DNA of 64,000 bases from the IMG/VR virus record IMGVR_UViG_3300028596_000001, one strand, 5' to 3'. The stretch is from a virus (lineage: Duplodnaviria > Caudoviricetes). The translations under genes and the position numbers were made by a program. Positions 29,253 through 37,814 of this stretch are shown piece by piece. Positions within the stretch are counted from its first letter, which is position 1, and each line of letters opens with the position of its first letter. A model generated the notes under the pieces. The model searched no databases and had not been told where the DNA came from. It saw only the letters and a list, made by a program, of their open reading frames with translations.

Positions 29253-29339
29253 GGAAGGAATTCCTTACAGACTGAGGACAGACAGACAAATATATTTGTT
29301 TGTGTATACAGTGCTACACATAACATATATTCGCGTGGG

Positions 29340-29888
29340 TTACGGGTTTTGCAAACCGAGCAGCTTATAAACCACAGCCAGAGAGAATTCTCCCAAAGCT
29401 GGTTCGACGATTTTCCCGAAGTGGGACTCCAGGTAACCGCAAGAGTTGAAAATGCATTCGAGCAACGCTCCAGAGAATGTTGCCGATTCAAGCTCAGTCC
29501 AACCTGCGAGCTTATCATCATTTTCAGTGTTGAACGCAAAGACCAAGACATTGGCCCCAGAGTTCAGGTAAGAGAAGGAGGCCGACGAGTTGATGAATTC
29601 CGATAAGCTTTCACCATCCACACTATTAAATGCTTCTTTCAGCATACCTCCTTCATAGTCTTTCTTGAAAAGCATTTCCGGATCGAGCATGGGGACTCCA
29701 AGCTCTTGTGCGATCCGATGCTGGAATTTGAGGATCTGACCGATCTCGTTGTAGGTGAGCTTTTGATGATATGTCTCAATAGCTGCCAGATCTCGCAACG
29801 GAATCGATACCCGGTCCAATAGGCGAGCCATCGCGTTGGTCAGGAAGAACACATGAACCGAAGGCCCATTGGGGGTCCTGAGTATCAT
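29340..29888 (-). CDS. Protein between DnaB and MCP (phiKZ gp119-like by synteny)
   Basis: AGGAG RBS from the 29897-29906 palindrome supports the ATG 29888 start. Confidence 0.65.
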   Translation of the reverse strand: MILRTPNGPSVHVFFLTNAMARLLDRVSIPLRDLAAIETYHQKLTYNEIGQILKFQHRIAQELGVPMLDPEMLFKKDYEGGMLKEAFNSVDGESLSEFINSSASFSYLNSGANVLVFAFNTENDDKLAGWTELESATFSGALLECIFNSCGYLESHFGKIVEPALGEFSLAVVYKLLGLQNP

Positions 29889-29896
29889 CTTTTTTG

Positions 29897-29906
29897 CTCC
29901 TAGGAG
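29897..29906. promoter_or_regulatory. Palindromic CTCCTAGGAG giving an AGGAG Shine-Dalgarno on both strands
   Basis: AGGAG lies 9 nt before the dnaB ATG (29916, +) and 8 nt before ATG 29888 (-). Confidence 0.7.
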
Positions 29907-29915
29907 TTAGTCTGA

Positions 29916-31448
29916 ATGAATGACTTGCTGGTGTTGGTCAAAGTGTTGTCGGCAATTTACCAAGCCAAGAAAATTAATGACGCCAATTTGCTTAAAGAGT
30001 TGGAAGAACTCTTCGAAGAACTTCCATCTCCTCCACCAGAAGTTTTTGTTCAGAACAAAGACGTCAGGGAAGGCATTAAAGCGACTATCCACTGGCTGTT
30101 TAAACAGCCAGATGATGAACCAATCATAAAATCAGTATTGATGCAGCGTGTACGTATCTTTGCTGCTGGTAATGATGACATTAAACTGTCCATCGAAGAC
30201 GGTCTGGAAGACTTCGATGACGAAGGTATGGTTCGTAAGGTTATCTACAAACAGATCACCGAGATCCGTCTATCGTTAGAAGACAAAGGTTTCGCCGATA
30301 AGTGGAAGAAGGCGATCAAGAACTACTTCTACAAAGACCACACCGAAATCTCCAAGGAAGACTGGGTTGCTCTGTCGGATATCATTAACGACCGGATGGC
30401 TACGCTCTATGAAGAGAAGCAGTCAGAGGTTATTAGTGAAGTAAGCACTGAAGACCCTACCAGCTTCCACAGCATCATTCAGCTGGCTAAGCAAGAGAAC
30501 AGTAACGAAGGTATTCTCAAGACTGGTATCCAGGCGCTTAACCTGGCTCTTAGTCCTGATGGTGGTTTCCGTCGTAGTAAGTTCTATTTGCTCAACGCCC
30601 TGACCAACCGTGGTAAGTCCCTCACTGTAGCGCACCTGACAGCCTCTGTGGGCCTTTACAACAAACCGATGCTGCGTAACAAGTCCAAGATTCCAACGAT
30701 CCTCCTGGAGTCCGCAGAAGACACCATGGACCTGATCATCCAGCGTATGTACAAGTTGGCCATCAGTGTTACTACTGACGCAGAGCCAGACTTCAACATC
30801 GCTGACCAAGATGACATCGTTGAAGCGATCGTGAACTGCTTCAAGAAGAACGGTTGGGTCTTGATCATGAAAGTGATCGACTCGAACAAAGACACAGCTG
30901 CTGCAATGTTCGACCGTGTTCGTCGTCTGCAACTCAAAGGCCACGAAATCATCTTCTTCGCTTACGACTACTGCGCGCTGCAGAACTACGATAAGCTGCC
31001 AGGAGAAACCAAGTCGGATAAACTCCAATTGCACGTCCGCAAGATCCGTGCCTTCATGATCAGTCATGGTATCTGCTTTGCTACTCCTCACCAGTTGAGC
31101 CCAGATGCGAAGAAGCGTCTGCAAGAGTCTGATGAAGAGTCCGAAGTTTACTTTGCTCGTGAAGTAGCTGGTAAGTCGTATACCGAAACTTCCACCAAGA
31201 TTACCAACGAAGTGGACGTTGAGATTACCTTCCACGTTGCCAAGACCTCGTTCAAGAACTACTGGACGTTCTGTGTTGGTAAACAGCGTGGTGAAGGTTG
31301 CTTACCAGAACACCGTTTCGCTATCTATGACATCGACCCAGTAATGGGCTTGAAGCATGATATCAACGGTAAACCCGCGTTCCGTCGCAGTTTGCAGACG
31401 AGACTGAACGACATGGGTGAGATTGAGAATGACTTTGATGCTCTCTAA
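29916..31448 (+). CDS. dnaB: Replicative DnaB-like helicase (phiKZ gp118-like)
   Basis: Walker A-like ALTNRGKSL, ESAE (H1a), YDY (Walker B), PHQLS (H3) and KQRG (Arg finger). Confidence 0.88.
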   Translation: MNDLLVLVKVLSAIYQAKKINDANLLKELEELFEELPSPPPEVFVQNKDVREGIKATIHWLFKQPDDEPIIKSVLMQRVRIFAAGNDDIKLSIEDGLEDFDDEGMVRKVIYKQITEIRLSLEDKGFADKWKKAIKNYFYKDHTEISKEDWVALSDIINDRMATLYEEKQSEVISEVSTEDPTSFHSIIQLAKQENSNEGILKTGIQALNLALSPDGGFRRSKFYLLNALTNRGKSLTVAHLTASVGLYNKPMLRNKSKIPTILLESAEDTMDLIIQRMYKLAISVTTDAEPDFNIADQDDIVEAIVNCFKKNGWVLIMKVIDSNKDTAAAMFDRVRRLQLKGHEIIFFAYDYCALQNYDKLPGETKSDKLQLHVRKIRAFMISHGICFATPHQLSPDAKKRLQESDEESEVYFAREVAGKSYTETSTKITNEVDVEITFHVAKTSFKNYWTFCVGKQRGEGCLPEHRFAIYDIDPVMGLKHDINGKPAFRRSLQTRLNDMGEIENDFDAL

Positions 31449-31481
31449 CGTGATCTAAAGCGTATATAAGCAGACATAACC

Positions 31482-31516
31482 CTATACCCCTAACCCGCTG
31501 AGGGTTAGGGGTATAG
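31482..31516. terminator. Bidirectional terminator after dnaB
   Basis: Perfect 15-bp stem CTATACCCCTAACCC / GGGTTAGGGGTATAG. Confidence 0.8.
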
Positions 31517-31542
31517 TAGGCTTTATTTCGCGTTTTAGGAGC

Positions 31543-31986
31543 TTATGACCCCAGCTGACCGATACCTACAGTGGGGAACAAAGTTTCCGCTGCCGCACCC
31601 TGGGGTGTTCTAATGCTTTCGGCAAAACTGACCATTTTGTCAATGGTTCCCTGTTTATGCTCTTCAGCGAGACGCATGAAGTTTTCAGTATTACCGAGCA
31701 TGTTGATATACGCCATCAGTTCACCAATTACAAACAATCTCCATCCGATGTCTTCATAGGCGTCGTTTTGACTGACAGCGTCAAGCAAAGCAACCGCACC
31801 GCCAACAATCCCTTTAGGGTGCTGATCGAACTCGCGAACACCAATCAGCTTCTCCATCTCGTCTTTAAAACGACGACGGCGTTCAATTTGATCCACCATT
31901 TCCTTGCTGGCCTGTTCGACGCTTACCCCTGGTTCAGCCCCTTCCAGTTTCTCGGCGTAGCCTTTCAAGATGTCGTTCACGCTCAT
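31543..31986 (-). CDS. Hypothetical protein (147 aa)
   Basis: GGAGAAGG RBS; own intergenic region and terminator. Confidence 0.6.
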   Translation of the reverse strand: MSVNDILKGYAEKLEGAEPGVSVEQASKEMVDQIERRRRFKDEMEKLIGVREFDQHPKGIVGGAVALLDAVSQNDAYEDIGWRLFVIGELMAYINMLGNTENFMRLAEEHKQGTIDKMVSFAESIRTPQGAAAETLFPTVGIGQLGS

Positions 31987-32126
31987 GTCCCTTCTCCAAT
32001 GATGATGTCGTACGTAGGGAGTATACTCCCTACTACTCCGCTTAGCCTATATGCAGAAAACACCCAGCCTGCCCCCACCCGCTTTCGCAGATAGTTCTCT
32101 CCTAGTGTATAACCTAGATTACCCAG

Positions 32127-33467
32127 TTAGGAAACAGCGTATTCCTCATCGCTCACCAGGAGCACCAAGGTACTGTGTTCCCGGAAGACTGGTTCCAAGC
32201 TTTCAGTGTCGGTTTGGTATTCACTACGGACTGCCCCCACACTACCTTCCTTGTACATCAAGGACTCACTGCCACTCATGTAGTAGTAACGCACGGGCAT
32301 GCACGGATCTATCATCAGACCGTTCGAGTTATGCCATGGTACCGAAGTAGTGTTGATGTCGTTGAGGGCGTTAGCGCTGAGGTGCTTGCACAGGTTACCA
32401 GTCGGGAGGATCTCGGTGGGGATCCATTCCTCACCAGAAGCACGAGACTTGGTGCGGTATTCTGACAACGAGTCCGAACTGGTAGTTACCGCCACACCTT
32501 TGTTGTAGTAGCTGCCGGTTTCACCCATGGCAGCATCGGAAGTGATGATTCGCTTACCAACACCTTTAGTTTGGCGTTTAATGTCGGTATTATCACTGTT
32601 CATTGCCGAACCGGTAGAGAAGATAGTGATGGACTTCTCATCCATGATCCAGGTGTTCTTCAGAGTAGGGAACACGTTCTCTGGGAGACGGTAGACGTTC
32701 AATACTCGACGAGCCTTCTCAAAGCGGCCGGTACGGTACAGCGGATAAACGCGCCACTGGCCTTTACGGTAGTACATCCCCATGCCAGTGTTGTAGAAAC
32801 CGAACTCTTCGTTATTCTGGAGGAAGTCGCCCAAGTCAATCAAGCGAGTGCCGAACGGAATCACGATTTGTTTGAAGACCCGATCGTTGTCAATCGGATA
32901 TTCGATATCCACACCTTTCCAGGCATCCGCTCCGGTAAGGTTCAATTGTTCTCCGTACTCACACAGTTTATCGTGCAGTGCGTTGTCCAGGGTAGACATC
33001 AAGAAGATATCTTGCGCTGGTTCGTTACGGAGTTTGCCGAAACCGAGTTCATACAGCTGGAAGCTAATGGTGATCAAGTTGGTCTGGTCTTTGGTACTCA
33101 GGTCAGCTTGAGCAGTGTGGGTGCCTTCCATCTCTGGGTTGTCACTATCCAGAGGAGTGGCTCGGTACTTCTTCATTACTTGGTCGATACCTTCCCGTTC
33201 CACTACCTCGATGATGAGGTTGTCGCGGTAAGGGAGGATATCTTTGTTGTAAACGCCAGGTTGGATCTGGACACGGATGGTAAGGTCGTCACCCCGTCCC
33301 GTTACGAACGAACTCATGCGAGCCATACCGTTAGGCATAATCAACGGTATTTGCGCAACTGGGGTGACCGCCATTGCAGAAACATTGAATAGTCTTTCGT
33401 TGTTCTGAGTCTTCTGAACGTAATTGACAAATTCAATAAGGTTCTGTAAGGAACGGGGTGCTTCCAT
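32127..33467 (-). CDS. Baseplate hub-like virion protein (phiKZ gp101-like by synteny), 446 aa
   Basis: Beta-rich ORF at the end of the neck/hub operon; fold inferred from context. Confidence 0.55.
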   Translation of the reverse strand: MEAPRSLQNLIEFVNYVQKTQNNERLFNVSAMAVTPVAQIPLIMPNGMARMSSFVTGRGDDLTIRVQIQPGVYNKDILPYRDNLIIEVVEREGIDQVMKKYRATPLDSDNPEMEGTHTAQADLSTKDQTNLITISFQLYELGFGKLRNEPAQDIFLMSTLDNALHDKLCEYGEQLNLTGADAWKGVDIEYPIDNDRVFKQIVIPFGTRLIDLGDFLQNNEEFGFYNTGMGMYYRKGQWRVYPLYRTGRFEKARRVLNVYRLPENVFPTLKNTWIMDEKSITIFSTGSAMNSDNTDIKRQTKGVGKRIITSDAAMGETGSYYNKGVAVTTSSDSLSEYRTKSRASGEEWIPTEILPTGNLCKHLSANALNDINTTSVPWHNSNGLMIDPCMPVRYYYMSGSESLMYKEGSVGAVRSEYQTDTESLEPVFREHSTLVLLVSDEEYAVS

Positions 33468-33469
33468 GG

Positions 33470-34225
33470 TTAACCTGCCTTGAAGATCCAGTTAGGGTCA
33501 GATGCATGCGCCATTTCGTGGGCGAACAACGTATCCTGTCTCTGGAGCGGTGATTGGGTGTATGTTGGGGCGAATGGATCGAACGGCGACGGCATGTACG
33601 ACTGAGTCGAATGCACAGCGTGCTGCGGAGCGATCTCATCGAGGTGACTGTAAAAGCTAATCCCTTCGTCACGACTACGAGCATGCATACTGGTCATGCC
33701 GAACAACGCACGGAAACCAGCCAAACCACGATCTTCCAATTGGGAGTCGAGTTCGTACTGTTTGTTGTTAGCTTCCCGTTTAACAAAAGGTTTGATCTTT
33801 TTGTATTCGTTGAACAGCAGGTATGCAAAGTTCTCCAGTTCCCTGAGTTCAGTAAACGACGGACTCTTGAACTCAGGGACGTTCTTGATGATCTCACACC
33901 ACAGAGCAATATACTCGATGATCGAGTCGTAGATCTCTACGATGCTTTTACTGGGCTTCTCGAATCCGAAGTCGTATACATCCTGGATGTTCCCCAGCAG
34001 GTCTAACAACTGGGGAATCCGGTATACACGCATCTGCTTCTCTGAGTAGAAGTTGGTATCGTTAGCGAAGCCCTCCTGGGTGTAGGTAGGGCGATTCCGC
34101 AACTGATCCAGGGTCATCAACTTCTCAGGGGCAATCCAGATCCGGTAGGTGCGGTTCTGCAAGATGTTGTAAAGGAAGATCAAACGCTCCCTTACAAACT
34201 CGTAACGAGAATGAGGCATTGTCAT
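33470..34225 (-). CDS. Virion/neck-associated protein (251 aa)
   Basis: Coupled to the upstream gene (4-nt overlap). Confidence 0.6.
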   Translation of the reverse strand: MTMPHSRYEFVRERLIFLYNILQNRTYRIWIAPEKLMTLDQLRNRPTYTQEGFANDTNFYSEKQMRVYRIPQLLDLLGNIQDVYDFGFEKPSKSIVEIYDSIIEYIALWCEIIKNVPEFKSPSFTELRELENFAYLLFNEYKKIKPFVKREANNKQYELDSQLEDRGLAGFRALFGMTSMHARSRDEGISFYSHLDEIAPQHAVHSTQSYMPSPFDPFAPTYTQSPLQRQDTLFAHEMAHASDPNWIFKAG

Positions 34226-35529
34226 GAAGGAACTCCAAAACGACGGCTAAGTTGGATCAGTAGAATCAAAATAGCGCCATGATAAAGCTGCAGACGTGGG
34301 GTAAGCTTGAAGAACTCTTCCTTGCAGTACTTCAACAGTTTCTTACGAGGAACCAGGTGATCTCGCAAGATCTCGAACACCAGCTCTTCGAACTCACCCT
34401 GTGGGGTGCCAGCGTAGAACTCATCGGAGAACAGGTAGTTGCTTACCTTGGACTCCGGGCTAGGACGCAGGATAGGGAAACCGTCCATGTTGAAGTACTC
34501 TTTATACAGCTTGTACTCCTCAGGGTCGGTGCAGATGAAATACGTAAACTTACTGGAACGCAGGTTACCGTACAGACGGCTGTTAACCAGGCGGTCGACA
34601 CTGATCATCGTAGCGCCTGGTTCACATTGCGACAGCAGGTTGAAATCTCCCCGCAGCAATACTTCCCAGATGTTGATCGTTCCGTACATCCCGAAGTCAC
34701 GTCCGCCATACTGGGTAGAGAACTGAGTGATAGTCGGATACATGGTCCGCATATCAGGTTCAATTACCGCACAGAGGAAGTTAACCAGATACTGGTCGTA
34801 GACGTAGCCACCCTTGATCTCGGTGTTACCACTGACGTTGTAGGCAATGGTTCGCTCTGGGTTCCACCAGAACTTACGCATGATCCAGTTAGCGATAGTG
34901 GTTCGCCAGTTGAACAGCTCGCCTTCGAGGTCGAACTCTTCTGGAGATACCAACGAAGCACCACCACTCAGAGCAGAGTCCTTCGAGTACACCAGTTCAG
35001 CTACTACACGACGTTCCAGTTCCTGAGCCCAGTACTCCTGGAGGATACCGACCATACGCCAGGTAATGTGCCAGACCTTGTTCGCAGTGAAGGCAGGTGG
35101 TTCTACCTGTTCAGTGATCTGGAAGAGCCCAGCGCGGCCGTCAGTGATCTCTGCGATGAACACGTCACCACGGATAGGTGGGGCGCCGAAAGCTACCCAA
35201 CCGCTACCAGCAACACTCGATTCCGCTTTCTCAGGGTTAAAGTCAAACGACCCATCCCCTTCGAACTTGATGATCATCTTGCGGATACGGTCGTAGCTCT
35301 GGTAGGTAGCCGCGTTATCCGGATCGAAAGGTGCTGCCTCTTCATCAGCTGCAAAGTGCTGACGGTAATACTCAACCAGAACCGGGGTACCCTGCACCAT
35401 GCTGAGCAAGGAGGTTTCTGGTTGGTAGGTACCTACTACGATCGAGTGCCGATATTGTTCGGCATAGATCTTGGGAGCTTCTGGTTCTGGGGGAATTTCA
35501 CTTCCCAGGGGTCCGATATCGAATGACAT
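34222..35529 (-). CDS. Neck/head-tail connector-like virion protein (phiKZ gp99-like by synteny)
   Basis: GAGGA RBS before ATG 35529; the PIRGDVFI...GLFQIT segment resembles neck beta-barrels. Confidence 0.55.
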   Translation of the reverse strand: MSFDIGPLGSEIPPEPEAPKIYAEQYRHSIVVGTYQPETSLLSMVQGTPVLVEYYRQHFAADEEAAPFDPDNAATYQSYDRIRKMIIKFEGDGSFDFNPEKAESSVAGSGWVAFGAPPIRGDVFIAEITDGRAGLFQITEQVEPPAFTANKVWHITWRMVGILQEYWAQELERRVVAELVYSKDSALSGGASLVSPEEFDLEGELFNWRTTIANWIMRKFWWNPERTIAYNVSGNTEIKGGYVYDQYLVNFLCAVIEPDMRTMYPTITQFSTQYGGRDFGMYGTINIWEVLLRGDFNLLSQCEPGATMISVDRLVNSRLYGNLRSSKFTYFICTDPEEYKLYKEYFNMDGFPILRPSPESKVSNYLFSDEFYAGTPQGEFEELVFEILRDHLVPRKKLLKYCKEEFFKLTPRLQLYHGAILILLIQLSRRFGVPS

Positions 35530-37048
35530 CACGTACATCCTCAATAAGGTAAGCGTTAAGTCCCATTTCCATCATGTACGAGTTCCACCATTCGCCAGGC
35601 AGACCACGACCTTTATGGATACCGCGACGAATGATGTTAGCGTGATTAGCCCAAGGCTTCTCCAACGCAGGCCATTCAAAGCCAGGGAACAACGTAGGCA
35701 GAATAGCTTCGTCTTCTGGATTGTTCTGGAGATCGTCCCAGAAGCTCTCCAGATAGTCGCGTACGGCGTGATCGATACTTACGACCATGCGATACTTGTT
35801 CTTCATGTTGACGTCGCCAGAAAGGCTTACAGTGCCGTCCTCGGCCATAGTCAAACGATCAGGCATCACCTGGAGGTCTTCAGACCACACGGTTACCAGG
35901 AACGGGGACTTGAACTGGGTGAAGATAATGTCCCGACGACGCAGGATGTAGTTCTTTACTCGTTCGTTCCATTGGAACCCTGGAATCTCGAAGATACTAC
36001 CCAGCACTTGGTCCTGTTCGTCCTTAACGTTGAGACGCACCTGGAGTACTGGCTGAATCCAATCGCCGCCTGGCATAACCCAAGGATCGTGCAGCGGGAG
36101 TTTCAGGTAATAAGGCGCCTGGTACTTACGGGTATCAGTGAGTGCCTTACCAAGAGACATCTCCGGGTTTGTCCGGACGTTGAACTTCTGGGTGAAGCCT
36201 TCATCAGGACGAGGGATCCAGATGTGGTCGATCTCATCCTGGTAGACGTTCAGCGGGTATTCCAGTTCCCAACCAACGAACTCTTGGAAGTGGAACATGT
36301 ACCCCACTTCTACTTCGTACTTACCGAACATATCCGCATTGCGGGTTTGCCGCACGGTAGGTTCCTTGAAGGAGATCCCGATGTTATCCAAACGCATCGG
36401 TACAACCAAGCGGGTATTGTTCTGTGCCGGGTCGCTGGCGTACAGGAACGGTACCTTCTTGTATTGGGCGAACCAAGTACCGAAGTCTGGAGTAGTCGGA
36501 TCGTTCTTTACCAGCAAGCGGTGTACGTTCTCGAACAACGCGATAATAACGTTGTTGACCACCAGGTGGACCGTAGCACTGAAGTTGAAGTCAACCACTT
36601 GTGCCGCTTGTGCCCGGTTGATACGACGACGGAACTGGTCTGCAGACTTCGAGCTGTTGAAGTGCGCGATTACCGAGACGTTTACTACCCTGCCCGAGAA
36701 GGAAGGGTACATCAACATCGGCTGTTGGTCATGGGTCATCCATACCGGACGTTCGGTCATCTCCCGACGTTGGTTAGCATAACCACTGTTAAACGGAGTG
36801 TCTTCGTATTCAGCTACTACGAAGATCTTGTTACGGAACATGCCGTCAGTGTACAGGGTGGTACGTTGACCATCTCCTGCACGACTACCCAATACTGGTG
36901 CAATGTCATTACGCCCGTTGAAGTAGATCTCTGCCGTGGATTCCAGGCCGTAGAACTTCAACATACGACGCAAGGAGTCGAGGACCGCTGGTCGTGAAAA
37001 CGACTTGTAGTCTTCCTCCGAATACATCGTTGATTTCAATAGTGCCAT
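35498..37048 (-). CDS. Neck/tail-terminator-like virion protein (phiKZ gp98-like by synteny)
   Basis: GAGGT RBS before ATG 37048; long ORF in the structural operon. Confidence 0.55.
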   Translation of the reverse strand: MALLKSTMYSEEDYKSFSRPAVLDSLRRMLKFYGLESTAEIYFNGRNDIAPVLGSRAGDGQRTTLYTDGMFRNKIFVVAEYEDTPFNSGYANQRREMTERPVWMTHDQQPMLMYPSFSGRVVNVSVIAHFNSSKSADQFRRRINRAQAAQVVDFNFSATVHLVVNNVIIALFENVHRLLVKNDPTTPDFGTWFAQYKKVPFLYASDPAQNNTRLVVPMRLDNIGISFKEPTVRQTRNADMFGKYEVEVGYMFHFQEFVGWELEYPLNVYQDEIDHIWIPRPDEGFTQKFNVRTNPEMSLGKALTDTRKYQAPYYLKLPLHDPWVMPGGDWIQPVLQVRLNVKDEQDQVLGSIFEIPGFQWNERVKNYILRRRDIIFTQFKSPFLVTVWSEDLQVMPDRLTMAEDGTVSLSGDVNMKNKYRMVVSIDHAVRDYLESFWDDLQNNPEDEAILPTLFPGFEWPALEKPWANHANIIRRGIHKGRGLPGEWWNSYMMEMGLNAYLIEDVRDVIRYRTPGK

Positions 37049-37067
37049 ATAAACCTCAAGCAAATAA

Positions 37068-37100
37068 ACTATAACGGGAGGGGCGACCTCCCGTTATAGT
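37068..37100 (-). terminator. Terminator hairpin
   Basis: 14-bp stem ACTATAACGGGAGG / CCTCCCGTTATAGT. Confidence 0.7.
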
Positions 37101-37106
37101 GAGCTA

Positions 37107-37814
37107 TCAGGACTTCTTCGATTTGAAGCGAATACCGAAGTTACCGTGCTCGGTACCCACGACGGTGTATTGAGTAACACCATCGTCACTCAGTTCACGC
37201 ACCGGGTTTGCAGACAGATCTTCGTGCACCAGGACTTCAAGACCACCGCACTCTTCAACGTGACGGCAGATCGCATCGACAGCTACGTCAGTCAAGTAGC
37301 CATCTACAACGATATCACCAGCTACTTCGATCGGCTTGCCGAACAGGATGGCAGCATCACGCATTAAAGCAGTGTTGGGGTCGTGCAGTTCTTTGGTAGC
37401 TCGTGCATCACGGTCGACAACGATGAACGTGAGGGTACCAGTCAGGAACACACTGGTAGGGGCGATAGGAACAACCTCGGTATAGAGGGGTTCGCCATCG
37501 AACTCTACCGTGGTGTCACCAACGTTGTAGTCCACACCGCTGAGCAACGGGAGCCGGAACTGCTGAGAGAAGCGCTGGACAACTGCATCCAACAATTCGC
37601 CTTCACCTGCCTCAATACGGAAGATGTTGTTGTTCAGGCGTTCCGCTGGAGAAACCTTACCGATAGACGCCAGCACGGTTTCGTTATCCAACGTGAGGAC
37701 TTCTGCTTCGCTCTTGGTTGCATCAATCGACGTAACCTTACGCAGCTCAGAACCCGGAGGAAGCGCACTGAACAGAATGCCCAGCATGTTTGGATGGACG
37801 TTATCAATACCCAT
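37107..37814 (-). CDS. Virion-module protein (235 aa)
   Basis: Coupled to the upstream gene (TAATG overlap); F..QFRLPLLSGVDY...VPIAPTSVFLTG module. Confidence 0.55.
   Translation of the reverse strand: MGIDNVHPNMLGILFSALPPGSELRKVTSIDATKSEAEVLTLDNETVLASIGKVSPAERLNNNIFRIEAGEGELLDAVVQRFSQQFRLPLLSGVDYNVGDTTVEFDGEPLYTEVVPIAPTSVFLTGTLTFIVVDRDARATKELHDPNTALMRDAAILFGKPIEVAGDIVVDGYLTDVAVDAICRHVEECGGLEVLVHEDLSANPVRELSDDGVTQYTVVGTEHGNFGIRFKSKKS

Noticed and set aside
27219-29606. 795-aa plus-strand ORF antisense to the MCP
   Set aside because: It is the codon-aligned mirror of a gene with extreme C-ending codon bias, which removes antisense stops. It has no SD and a V/H/D/G-rich shadow composition.
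24011-31448. Introns or inteins in the RNAP beta or DnaB genes
   Set aside because: Both ORFs are uninterrupted and of ordinary size, with no splicing or homing-endonuclease motifs seen.
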